From Mobula hypostoma (taxonomy: Eukaryota): 64,000 bases of DNA. Under the pieces are notes generated by a model. It was not told where the DNA came from, made no database searches, and saw only the letters and a list, made by a program, of their open reading frames with translations. The stretch lies in assembly GCF_963921235.1 (NCBI RefSeq), contig NC_086108.1, positions 80,168,001 to 80,232,000 of the forward strand, read 5' to 3'. The position numbers were made by a program, and so were the translations under genes. Positions 48,470 to 60,680 of the stretch are shown here, one piece after another; position 1 is the first letter of the stretch; each line of letters starts with the position of its first letter.

Positions 48470-50776
48470 ACAATCCACTGACACACTCATAAACCAGGCC
48501 TAATTCTTCATGAATTAATTTTGCTTGCTCCTTCACTATCTTTGCTGACAGTTCTACACCTTTGCTGATGCAGAGTTTAAACCACTTCATGAGTACTTTA
48601 TCTAGTTGTGAACATCTTCCATCTTTCATTGTTTTTCTTCTGCACATCTGTTTTTTTTTTGATCCGCTGTCAGCAAAGAACTGAAGTAATTTTTTTTGTT
48701 TCTTTATATCATGAACTAGTGGTCTCCAACATTTTTTAAGCCCAAGATCCCCTACCTTGACTTTAGTGAAAGGCAAGATCTACCTACTGAATTGTTTAGA
48801 GAAAAAACAGCTCAGATTGTACTTCCAATTTGAGGCCTTTAATTTGGGCTAATTGTATTTGAATTACACAAAATACATTTGTCAAACTTTCAGATTAATT
48901 CAAACAAGAAAACACTGTAACTAGCATATCAAAGAGGCCATAGTTGTCTTTCTTTAAGAATAATACTTCACACCTTTAATTCTAAGTTTCATTGTTTAAT
49001 TTTATTTCAACACGAAAAATAAATGAATAAAAATTGACTGTTGCACTCAATGTGATGACTGGGGCTGAATACTTCATGCCAGTTCCCTGAAATTTGGCTC
49101 ATAACTACAGACAGCCAGTCTGAGACAGTCTGTGAGGTGTCTGTCAGTAAGACAGTTCCTGTACTTAGATTTAATAATTTTCATCTGTGAAAATGCAAGT
49201 TCACATAGAGAAGTTGACCCGAAGTAGGCACTGACCTTTAGTGCTATAAAACCAACACGCACACCGTGCATTGCTGGGGCCCCATCAGTAGTAATTGCCA
49301 CCAGTTTTTGAATGGGGATGTCACTTTCACAGACATTTTTTTTAAACTCATTGTAAATATCCTCACCTCTCGTTCTCTCCTTCAATTGCAAAAGAGTGAG
49401 GAAGTCCTCCTTTGCTGAAAAATCCTGGAAAGCCATTCTGACAAATACAACAAGCTGAGCTGTTTGCATTACATCCAGAGATTCATTGAGCTGTAGCGAA
49501 AAGTATTCACAGAGTGACAAGTCGATCCACGAACCCCGACAGTGATTCTACCCTCCTTGTCACAGTTGCAGAGCCAAGAGGTATAGTATGTATTGCGGTT
49601 GTGATGCCGTTTTTATTTTTAAGGTCGTTAAAAACAGTCTCTGTGGTAATGGCCATTGCTTTCTTGAATAAATCGCCATCTGTAAAAGGCTCCTTGTGTT
49701 TAGCCAAAAGGTGACTTACACGAAATGATGCTTCAATAGCAGCCGTATTTTGAGAAGCATGTTTTGTGAAAAACGATTGCTGGGCCTTCAATCCAGATTT
49801 CAGTTCCTCAACTTTCCTGGCATGAATTGCGCCCTCTGAGGGGCAGGAGTCTTTAAATTTCTGGTGGTTGGTGTTGCGGTGCTGCTCCAGATTCCCTCTT
49901 TTAGTCAGTGCTTGTGTTTGGTGGCACAACATACACACACACTTGTCTTTCACCAAGGTAAATATAAATTCCTCTTCCCATTCTGGATGGAATTTGTACA
50001 TTTTCGCCTTCTTTCGTGGAGCCTCTGCCACGTTATCAGGATATCACAAACGAGTGCCGTATATTGATGTTTGTGACAGTCTGTACTCTTATCCAATCTA
50101 ATTGGTCACTTTGATGCAGCACAAGCTACGCTGAAAACGCAGTGCATGGCGGGAGAGCTACACACATGCGCACTGGGCAGAAAGAATGGAACTAAAACCC
50201 CACAACCCGGAAACAATCTCTCTTTACAAACAGCTTTCAGTAGCGAAAGTATTGCTACATACTACTATCCTAATTAGTATTACTTATTTTTATAATGCTC
50301 ACATTACAACAGTATTTGTGTATTTATTTTTGATTTTTTTTCGGGATCTACTGGGAAAGTCTCCAAGATCGACCGGTTGATCGTGATCGATGGGTTGGCG
50401 ACCACTATCATAAACTGTGGAAGAGCCAGTGTTATACAAGTCGCATATACTTTTCACAGACAGACCACTGTCAAGTTTTTCAGAACTTCCACCTTATCTT
50501 GTATATAAAATGTATGGTGTTTGTGCTTTACACCATGAGAAGCACTTCCTTTATTCAATTAAGATCTGACTGGGGCTAGATGAGAACAGGTTATAAAATT
50601 ACAAAATTACACAGAAGGCTGTGCAAACAGCTGATTTTGCTAATAGCACCACCAAAACAGTGGTGATGGGTTGGTGTGGTGACGGAGGAAATCTGAAATC
50701 AAGCTGGTGAAAACTAACTCCGAACCTGTGGTGGAACCACCAATTACTGATTGCTGGATTCAAGGTGGTTGACCTG
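48470..50776 (-). mobile_element. pogo/Tigger (Jerky/CENP-B-like) transposon 5' part, split by a hAT insertion
   Basis: TA-caggtcaaccaccttgaatcc terminus at 50776. Minus-strand GVKHKHHTFYIQDKVEVLK.LDSGLSVKSICDLYNTGSSTVYD (about 50530-50408) continues as IKKQKKLLQFFADS...LDKVLMKWFKLCISKGVELSAKIVKEQAKLIHEELGL (48708-48490), the two CENP-B-type HTH domains. Confidence 0.85.
48717..50407 (-). mobile_element. hAT (Buster/Charlie group; GTF2IRD2/EPM2AIP1-like transposase) DNA transposon, internally deleted
   Basis: TIRs tagtggtctccaac / gttggcgaccacta; 8-bp TSD tcatgaac/tcataaac. ORFs 49507-50031 (CVCMLC...H..H zinc finger, KHKEPFTDGD, TVTRRV) and 49074-49520 (FSLQLNES.D, TTDGAPAM, FGSTSLCELAFSQMKIIKSKYR). 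Confidence 0.93.
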
Positions 50777-53700
50777 TACTGCCTCCTGGATGTTAGAATT
50801 CGGTGTATTCATAAATTACAAATTTTCCTTCTTCCATTCTCCTCCACTTTCCATCATATATTCATGATATTGACAGCATCCTTGTGTGAATGGACAGACA
50901 CACACAAAAATTACTGCAACACACACAAAATGCTGGAGAAAAAACTGCGTGTTTATCCAGGACTATTCAGGTCTGGGACATTATCAGGAGAGTAGGCATC
51001 CTAAAGATTGGCAAAGTACCAATAAGAAAGAGAAAAGCTACATAATTGAGAAAGACAAAGGAAAGGAGCCAAGAGTAGCAACTAATCTGGAAACACAAGG
51101 TCAGTGAGAGAGTCAGGTTACACTGGTGTTACAGCATTACGGAAGTTTCCAGATGCAGAATGTGATAAAACTTGAACACCTAAAACAGAACAAAAATGCA
51201 TAAACAATTTTGCCGCACAATATGAAACACAATTCAGATAAAATGAGATATTGGACTATGTGAGGATATAGCCCAATGAAGATTAGAAACATCAAATAAT
51301 TTAATAATCATCTTCATTCATTTACCTGCCATAACCAAATGGTTGCTGCATCAAACACCACACTAAATGATGGCTTTCAGGTCATTTTGAAGGATGGTAA
51401 AGTAAACAACCTGTTCTAACAAGAAATTAGTACTTCAAGGATGTGTAAGGATTCCACCATGAATTCTCTTGCATGTTGGGTATCAGATGGAATGCAAGTT
51501 ATAACAAGAACAGAATAGAGAAGAGCTTGGAGAGGTTGTGAATGACATGACCAAATATACAATAATAGAGTAACTTATTCTCTGCATTTGTTGCTCTCCC
51601 TTGCTCATTAGAATGTTTACTTAAAGAAATGATTTGGAGTAATTGATTGTGCTCAAAATGCAAATTTTGAACATTAACCTGAATTATTTTTCCAATCGCA
51701 ATGAGATGTTAAACTTAAATGTCTGAAAAATAATTGCTAAGTTTCGGCTTTCTTGAGTATTGCTGGGCTATACCACCACTCAATAATTTGTTTTTACACA
51801 GTAGACTACAGCATTCTAAACCCTCAGCATCATTGCAAGACATATTCCGATTTTCATTTGTGTACGTTGCTCAACAAGGTGCAATGGATAATCAGAAACA
51901 GCAACTCTGGATGATGTTTTTGCTCCCTTATCCAAAAGGCATCTTAGTAATTGGTAAAACCTCTATTATCACCTTGGTTGAGATCAATTAACTGAGCAGA
52001 GAACAGGAATCAGTGTTTGTACTAATTATTCAATGTACTGGTTACATGCTGATTTACTAAGCTCAGAAGGGAAATTTCAATTTTCTATTTGTAATTGAAA
52101 TAAACACTGACATGAAACAGAAAAAAGATTAATCTGCCAGTGTGATCACGATAAAAGTCAACAACAGTGCTGTCCAATCTTCATAGAACACATTTACAGC
52201 AATTTTTAAACAGAAAAGTTTAAAGGAGAAGTTCTTTAAAGCAAGAAACACCAAAGTCATTGGAAGGCCTACAATGCTTGTGTCTTTTACACAGGAGATA
52301 ACTAAACTGTATGAACTCAGTGAGAACAAAGCAGATTAATCAATAGTAGCCTGAACTTTTGAAACTACTTTCACCAAGAACAGAAGTTTTGGTTGAAGCT
52401 GCACAGCTGTAGTGAAAAGAGTTTCTATCTAGGTCTGAGACAGGGTGCTCTTCAGGCAACATCTTACTTGATGTTGTAAGTGCAGATGCACTGTTGGAGG
52501 AGGACAATCCTATATAATTTTCACACCCAAAAATAGGGCAACAGATCAGATAACCATTAAATACCAAAAGACAACAAAGAAAATGAACTAATCCAATACT
52601 CAAGTATATTTTCAAACCACTTTTGATTTCAGTTCAGTAATCCAAAGGCTTTTACAATGAACTTTAAAACGTTTTTAAACACTGTAGTTAATTACATATT
52701 TCACACCAGCGTAAGCCAGTTTAATCATAAGATTATATTTTGCCTTGTGGGCTATCTTTAACATTTTTAGTCAGGCATGTTTCAGCCTGTTATAAAACAC
52801 TGGACTTACACTTTCTTTTAAAAGTCATTACAGAAGCACGTTACTAACTATCCCTGTACTAACAGTTCTTAAAATGCCACAATCTAAAAGTACATGCCAG
52901 AAAGTTTCAAAATAGGCATTAGAGTGATTCTATCAATAAGTCAGAAAGCAAGCTACTATTTTAAGACTCATTAATTTGTGTTCCTCCAAATAATTTGTGA
53001 ACTGTCTACATCATTAAAGAATTGAAACTTTAAAAGAAAAGAAATCATATTCAAACGATCAAAGACTTGTTTTACTAACATCACAATTTGCGTTAGAAAC
53101 AGGTGCTTTAATGTAAATACCAGAAGACAATGAAGATCAGTTTCAGAACCACTTTCACCTCCTCCCATCCGAGGCACAACATCAATAATGTAATTCTTTT
53201 CTCTGGTTTAAAATAAAATCTTAACGGCTGACACCAAGATTTAAAAGCATTCAAAATATGTTGTCGTAAACAATAGTCCCTCAATGTCCTTTTACCGATT
53301 GACAGCAAGTTGCAATAGGGCAAAGAAAAGAATCATTTTGGGTTTCAATGACATAATATATTAATATATCAAGCAGCAGTACATTGGAGCAATATGTCAG
53401 AGTGAGTCTGTTCACTGTAAAATTTCATTGCACCGATCTAGTTATAAGACCAAAGTATTTAGTTATCCAGTTGCATTGATTTAGAAAAGAACAAAGAGGA
53501 ACAATATTCCTAAAAAACACTGCTACCATCATTGTTCCTAGGAGAAGGCATTAATCTGATTCCAAATCTCAGGAATGGAGGTTATTTTAATATAAACAGC
53601 AAATGCTGGAGTCTGTAGAATACCTCAAATGATTTGGTTTGGAAGAGTTGCCAGAAAATCAGAGTAACGTTCTATCATTCCATCAGAAAATGATCAGTGG

Positions 53701-54009
53701 ACTGTAAACTTCCCTACAGGGAACCCAGCTTCCCATTCATTCAAGGGAATATATTTCTGCTGGGCAGAATTCAAAATAGTTCTGGAATGCCTGTATAGAT
53801 GTCCTCAATTTGACTAAGGCCATGGGGTGGCAGTACAATAACTTAATTACACCCTCTCAACCCAATCAGAAGTCTGAGATGCAGCACAAGGGGAAGGGAC
53901 ATCTGCAAGACCAAATTCTGTCCGAGATCCCCACAGTCCATCATAAAACACAAATTAATGTTATCCAGGACTCAGTGCAATAAAAAAAATTCCAACTGGA
54001 ATTCTCATA

Positions 54010-55562
54010 CAGGTGTCCCCCGCTTTTCGAACGTTCGCTTTACGAAACCTCACTGTTACGAAAGACCTACATTAGTACCCTGTTTTCGCTTTCTGAAGGT
54101 GTTTTCACTGTTACGAAAAAAAAATTCAGCACACGAAAAAATCAGCGTGCAATAAAAGGCAGCGCGCTCTGAGCAGCCGCTCTCCCCCGGATTCGGAACT
54201 GCTTTGCTTTAACACGAGCCTGTGAGCAACCGTTTGCAAGATGAGTTCTATGGTATCGGAAAAGCCTGAAAAAGCTCATAAGGGTGTTACACTTACGGTC
54301 AAACTAGACATAATTAAGCGTTTTGATCGTGGTGAATGAAGTAAAGACAATGTGAATTTGGCTTGTGGAAGCTGACGAACATTATGTTGAAGAGGTTTTG
54401 GCATCCCATCACCAAGAACTGACAGATGAAGAGCTGATGCAATTGGAAGAAAAAAAGATAGCAATCAAAACCGAATGAGTAATGATAAAGTACGACTTTA
54501 ATTTTGAAAGGGTACGTCGGTCTAGGAGATATTTGCAGAATGGTTTGAGTCCTTATTAAAGAACTGTGTGATAGAAAAATGCACGAGGCTCAGCAGTCAG
54601 GCAAGCCTTACATCAGCCACAAGAGACAACGAACCTCGACCTTCGACATCGAGGTCGGTAGAGATAGAAGATGATGAGCTGCCTGCTGTAATGGAAACAG
54701 ACGATGAGATGACACCCCAGTGTCCCACCACCCCAACCCCCAGGCCACGGACAGCTACCGATTCGCGGAGAATGCAACGGTAGCCGGGACGCACACAGCA
54801 CACCTTTAAGAGAAAAGCCAAAATAAACATGGTAATTAATTAGGTGCCGCCGACACATAATTGTCGGCCCAGATCATGGATGACGCAATCGGAAATCGGC
54901 ACTGATCTGGGCCGACGTAAAATTACGTGTCGGGCAGCACCTAATTAATTAGCTTGTTTATTTTGGCTTTTTTCTTAAAGATGTGCTGTGTACCTCCCGG
55001 TTACCGCTGCATTCCTGCATGCTTCGCAGCAATGTATCACTTGGCGGCCTGGAGGGTGGGGGCCACTGCACCACCCAACCTGCGACGACTCAGTCTAACA
55101 CACCATCATCAGTGTGCTCGGCAAGCTACCTTCCCGATTCCCGTAAGTGATACTACACTGTACATACATTATTTCTACTTTATATAGGCTGTGTATTTTT
55201 ATGTGTTATTTGGTATGATTTGGCAGCTTCATAGCTTAAAGGTTACTGGAGAGAGTGTTCTTGCCAACAGCGCTTGCGTGAGATTTTCGCTACGGAGAGC
55301 TGTTCAGTAATGATTGTGGAAAAGTATTTCTACTTTATATAGGCTGTGTATTTATGATATCATTCCTGCTTTTACTATATGTTACTGTTATTTTAGGTTT
55401 TATGTGTAATTTGGCATGATTTGGTAGGTTATTTTTGGGTCTGCGAACGCTCACAAAATTTTCCCATATAAATAAATGGTAATTACTTCTTCACTTTATG
55501 ACATTTCGGCTTACGAACCATTTCATAGGAACGCTCTACCTTCGGATGGCGGGGGAAATCTG
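54010..55562 (+). mobile_element. Tigger-like non-autonomous DNA transposon with a residual CENP-B N-terminal HTH and a large internal palindrome
   Basis: TA-caggtgtcccccgcttttcgaac ... ttcggatggcgggggaaatctg. At 54241: MSSMVSEKPEKAHKGVTLTVKLDIIKRFDRGE*. CpG-rich. Confidence 0.85.
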
Positions 55563-55899
55563 TGTACTATTTCAAATTCTCTTACTTGATTGTTTAATTT
55601 GTTCAAGTCTACTATTTACCTAGTTAGCCCATTGCTTTGCTTTGTAGGTTAGCTGCACTGTAGGTTTTTTTGGGGTTTTTTCCTGGTTTTTTTTCTTGTT
55701 CTATCGATATATATGGAAAATTAGTATACAACTATATTACCTTGTTATTTTATAACTAACTTACGTTGTTTGCATTTTTTTTTGTATATTACTTGTATAC
55801 TTATATCTTAACAATGTATTGGTTGCTATATTTTTTTACCTTTTGTGTACTAATTCAATAAAAAGATTTAAAAAGAAAAAAGTGGCAATTCCCAACCAA

Positions 55900-56858
55900 A
55901 CCTAAATCACTGCAGGATGTTCAACAGCTGTGGCAGGGCTTGAATGCTATAAACCAAGCAACAAAAGTGACAAAAAAAGCTTCATTCCAATATGAGCTCA
56001 ATGTCTTCTATGCTCGCTTTGACTATAAAAACATGGAGGAACCGTCACAGACTTCCACAGCCCCTGATGACCCTGTGATTTTAGTTTCTGAGGCCAAAGT
56101 GAGAGGGTGTACCCACAGAAAGTATCTGGTCTAGATGGGATATCTGGCCGAGTACTAAAGATCTCTGCTGTTCAACTGGCTGGAGTATTCACTGACATCT
56201 TTAACCTCTTGCTTTGGCAGTCTGAGCTACCCACCTATTTCAAGTAGGCTTCAATTATACCAGTGCCTAAGAAGAATGACTATCATCCAGTAGCACTTAC
56301 ATCCACAGTGATGAAGTGCTTTTAGGGGTTGGTGATGAAACCCCTGCCTGAGAAGGCACGTGCATCAGGATGCCCTTCATTCAATACTAACATCCTCTTA
56401 AAACAAATCAGTAAGCTTCAAGGCCTTCACCTCAATACCCCCTTGTGCAATTGGATCTTCGATTTCCTCACTTGCAGACCCCAGTCAGTTAGGATTGGCA
56501 ACAACATATTCTCCAAAATCTCCATCAGCACAGGAGTACCGCAAGACTGTGTGCTTAGCCCCCACTCTACCCTACACTTACGACTAAGAGGCCTGCCACA
56601 TTTAAGTTGGCTGATAACACCTCCGTTGTTGGCTGAAACAAAGAATCGGCATATAGGAGAGAGATTGAAAATCCGGCTGTGTGGTGCGACAAAATCCTCT
56701 CACTCAATGTCAGCAAGACCAAGAAGCTGATTATTGACTTCAGGAGGAAACAGGAGGTCCATGAATCAGTCCTCATCAGGGGATCAGAGATGGAGAGGGT
56801 CAGCAACTTTAAATTCCTCCATGTTATTATTTCAGAGGATCTGTCCTGGTAAGTGCAA
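55900..56858 (+). mobile_element. Rex1/Babar LINE, 5' part of a copy split by the CR1 at 56860-62092
   Basis: ELNVFYARFD, NDYHPVALTSTVMKCF, LCNWIFDFLTCRPQSVRIG and LNVSKTKKLIIDFRRK. Confidence 0.85.
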
Positions 56859-58347
56859 AGAAGACCACAAGACCATAAGACATAGCAGCAGAATTAGGCC
56901 ATCTGGCCCATCAAGTCGGCTCCACTGTTCAATCATGGCTGATCCTTTTTTCCCCTCCTCAGCCCCACTCCCCAGCCTTCTCCCCATAACCTTTGATGCC
57001 GTATCCAATCCTTAAATACACCCAATGACCTGGCCTCCACAGCTGCCTGTGGTATCAAATTCCACAAATTCACCACCTTTTGGCTAAAGAAATTTCTCCA
57101 AATCTCTGTTTTAAATGGACACTCCTCTATTCTGAGGCTGTGCCCTCTTGTCCTAGACTCCCCCACCATAGGAAAGATCCTTTCCACATCTGTCTAGACC
57201 TTTCAAGATTCTAAAGGTTTCAATGAGATCCCCTCCTTCCTTCTGAATTCCAGCGAATACAGATCCAGAGCCATCAAATGTTCACCGCATGATAATGGTT
57301 TCATTCCTGGAATCATCCTTGTGTGCCTCCTCTGAACCCTCTCCATTGCCAGCACATCTTTTCTTAGATGAGGAGCCCAAAACTGTTCACAATACTCAAG
57401 ACGAGGCCTCACCAGCGCCTTATAATGCCTCAGCATAACAGCCCTGCTCTTACATTCTAGACTTCTTGAAATGAATGCTAAAATTGCATTTGCCTTCCTC
57501 ATCACTGACTGAACCTGCACGTTACCCTTTAAGGTGTTCTGCACAAGGACTCACAAATCCCTTTGCATCTCAGATTTTTGGATTTTCTCCCCATTTCGAA
57601 AATAGTCTGCACATTTATTTCTACTACCAAACTGCATGACCATGCATTTTCCAACATTGTTCATCATTTGCCACTTTCTTGCCCATTCTCCTAATCTGTC
57701 TAAATCCTTCTGCAGCCTTCCTGTTTCCTCAACACTACTTGCCCTTTCACCAATCTTTGTATCATCTGCAAACTTGGTAATATCGCCATCTATTCCATCA
57801 TCTAAATCATTGATATACAGCATAAAAAGAAGTGGTCTCAACATGAACCCTGCAGAACACCACTAATTACTGGCAGCCAACCAGAAAAGGATCCTTTTAT
57901 TCCCCCAACTTGCTGCCTCCTACCAATCAGCTAATGCTCTAACCAGGCCAGTAACTTTCCTGTAATACCAAGGGCTCTTAACTTAGAAAGCAGACTTATG
58001 CCTGGCACCTTGTCAACAGCCTTCTGAAAGTCAGAAAATATAACATCAACTGCATCCCCTTTATTTATCCTAATTGTAATCTCCTCAAAGAATTCCAGCA
58101 GGTTCATCAGGTAAGATTTTCCCTCAAAGAAACCATGCTGACTTTGCCCTATCATGGCCTATGTCCCCAAGTACTCCATAACCTCATCCTTAACAACTGA
58201 CTTCAACATCTTCCCAACCACTGAGGTCAGGCTAACTGGTCTATAATTTCCTTTCTGCTGCCTTCCTCCTTTCTTAAAGAGTAGAGTGACATTTGCAATT
58301 TTCCACTCCTCATGCACCACCCTTCTTTGATTTTTGAAAAATCGTTA

Positions 58348-58500
58348 CAAGTCGACCTTCACTAATCCAGCACCATTGGGACCTGAGGAGTGCCGAATTA
58401 GTGAAAGTGCCAAATTACAGAAGGATCACATTGAGCATAATCAGTGCCGGATTATCAAAGGAACCGGATTACAGGCAGTCGGATTAGTGAAGATCAACTG
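58348..58500. mobile_element. pogo/Tigger-type MITE inserted in the CR1
   Basis: TA-caagtcgaccttcactaatcc ... ggattagtgaagatcaactg-TA. Confidence 0.85.
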
Positions 58501-59140
58501 TACTAATGCCTCCACAATCTCCACCACTACCTCTTTCAGAACACCAGGGTGTAGCTCATCTGGTCCAGGTAACATGAACCCTTAGGCCTTTCAGCTTTTT
58601 GAGCACCTTCTCCTTTGTAATAGTAACTGCATTCATTCTCTTCCCTCGCACCCTTCAACATCTAGCACACTAGGTTCTTTTACCTTAAACTCCCAAATCA
58701 CCTCCAGTTCATTACATAAAACCCAATCCAGTATAGCTGATCCCCTAGTAGGCTCAACAATAAACTGCTCTAAAAAGCCATCTCGTAGATATTCAACAAA
58801 CTCACTCTCTTGAGATCCACTACCAACCTGATTTCCCCAATTTACCTGCATGTTGAAATCTCCAATGACTCTCATAACATTGCCTTTTTGACATGCCTTT
58901 TCTCTTTTCCGCTGTAATCTGAGGTCCCACATCCCAGGCCTGTAAATAACTGCCATCAGGGTCCTTTTACCCTTGCATTTTTCTAACTCAACCCACAAGG
59001 ATTCAACATCTTCCAATCCTATATCACCTTTTTCTACTGATTTGATGTCATTCTTTACCAACAAAGCCACGCCAACCCCTCTGCCCTCCTCCCTATCCCT
59101 CCGATACAATATGTAACCTTGGATATTCAACTCCCAACTA

Positions 59141-59329
59141 CAGGGGTAGGCAACCTTAAGCACAAATGATTTTCTAGCATGCGTTATCCATTAATTTAAG
59201 CAAAACATAACTAGATGTATTTAAATAGATAATTCCCATACTTCAAGTTTTTATGGCATTTATCTGCCCCACCGTCCGCTCATTAATACACGATCCGGCC
59301 CACAGAAGCAAAAAGGTTGCCCACCCCTG
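59141..59329. mobile_element. hAT-type MITE inserted in the CR1 endonuclease region
   Basis: TIRs caggggtaggcaacctt / aaggttgcccacccctg; 8-bp TSD cccaacta/cccagcta. Confidence 0.9.
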
Positions 59330-60074
59330 CCCAGCTACAACCATCCTTCAGCCATGATTCAGTGATGGCCACAAAATCATACCTGACAATCTGTGATAGT
59401 GCAATAAGATGATCCACCTGCAAGTTCTCTTTTCAGGATCTCTTTGCTTTTGCTTACTGACATTGGTACTGAAACACACTGGTTTCCTCGGCTCTGTAAA
59501 TCTAGGGAAGGCACTCTCAAGTCCCACGAAACTCATGAGATTGAGACAGTTCGTCCCACCCCAAACCCTGGTTTGTGTGGACACTGTGTAATTTGTTACT
59601 GTTACAAATTAGCGCCAAGAAATAACGGACAGTACACTGTGTATGATTAAAGGAATTATATTTATGAATCTTAACTTAAGGGTTAGTAAAGAATCACAAA
59701 AAGAAAAGGGCCCATTCTAATTTAACAGTCGAATGTGCACAAGCTGGAGCTCATCTTGAACTTTTCTGTCACTCACGCGCTGAGCCCTCGGTCAACGTGA
59801 AAGTACACACCACCTTCTGAACGTTGCTTGCAATCCATCTCGAGCAAACAGATTTCCTACTGGATCATATGGTACAACCGGTTCTCCCCAGCATCTTCTC
59901 TCTTCATCTCCCGATGAACAAAAGCCAAGACCAACCTATGGTCCCTGACCAAGAAAACCTCCTGCTAATTGGATGGCACACATTCCACATCATCCCTTAT
60001 CTTCAACAATAATCCCAAACAGGCTGAAAGCAGAACAGAGCTGCTAAATGAAATACCTACAGCTTACTGTAGGC

Positions 60075-60680
60075 TGTCAAAGAACACTGAGGCTGTCTGC
60101 AAGAAGGCTCAGAGTCGTCTCTATTTCCTGAGGAGACCGAGGCCCTTTAACATCTGTCGGACGATGCTGAGGATGTTCTACGAGCCGGTGGTGGCCAGTG
60201 CGATCATGTTTGCTGTTGTGTGCTGGGGCAGCAGGCTGAGGGTAGCAGACACCAACAGAATCAACAAACTCATTCGTAAGGCCAGTGATGTTGTGGGGAT
60301 GGAACTGGACTCTCTCACGGTGGTGTCTGAAAAGAGGATGCTGTCCAAGTTGCACGCCATCTTGGACAATGTCTCCCATCCACTACATAATGGACTGGTT
60401 GGGCACAGGAGTACATTCAGCCAGAGACTCATTCCACCGAGATGCAACACTGAGCGTCATAGGAAGTCATTCCTGCCTGTGGCCATCAAACTATACAACC
60501 CCTCCCTTGGAGGGTCAGACACCCTGAGCCAATAGGCAGGTCCTGGACTTACTTCCTGGCATAATTTACATATTACTACTTAATTATTTATGGTTTTATT
60601 ACTATTTAATTATTTATGGTGCAACTGTAACGAAAACCAATTTCCCTCGGGATCAATAAAGTATGACTATGACTATAACA
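60075..60680 (+). mobile_element. Young Rex1/Babar-type LINE 3' fragment (distinct subfamily)
   Basis: KKAQSRLYFLRR...MLRMFYEPVVASAIMFAVVCWG...SHPLH...TERHRKSFLPVAIKLYN; AATAAA followed by a (gactat)n tail. Confidence 0.85.

Noticed and set aside
48243..48776. 177-aa ORF resembling Jerky/TIGD, a possible domesticated gene
   Set aside because: It is a chimera starting inside the hAT terminus. The HTH is interrupted by the hAT, has a frameshift, and no DDE domain follows.
49074..50031. GTF2IRD2/EPM2AIP1/ZBED-like host gene
   Set aside because: Bounded by TIRs and an 8-bp TSD, frameshifted and internally deleted, so it is a transposon copy.
52129..53323. Short minus-strand ORFs, including MPRMGGGESGS, as the missing first EIF2B3 exon
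   Set aside because: No match to the expected MEFQAVVMA.GGGSRM...KPLLPVGN...WYPLNLLE sequence.
59969..60535. 188-aa ORF that databases might label ALKBH8 N-terminal/DUF1891-like
   Set aside because: It is the C-terminus of a Rex1/Babar RT, followed by a LINE tail.
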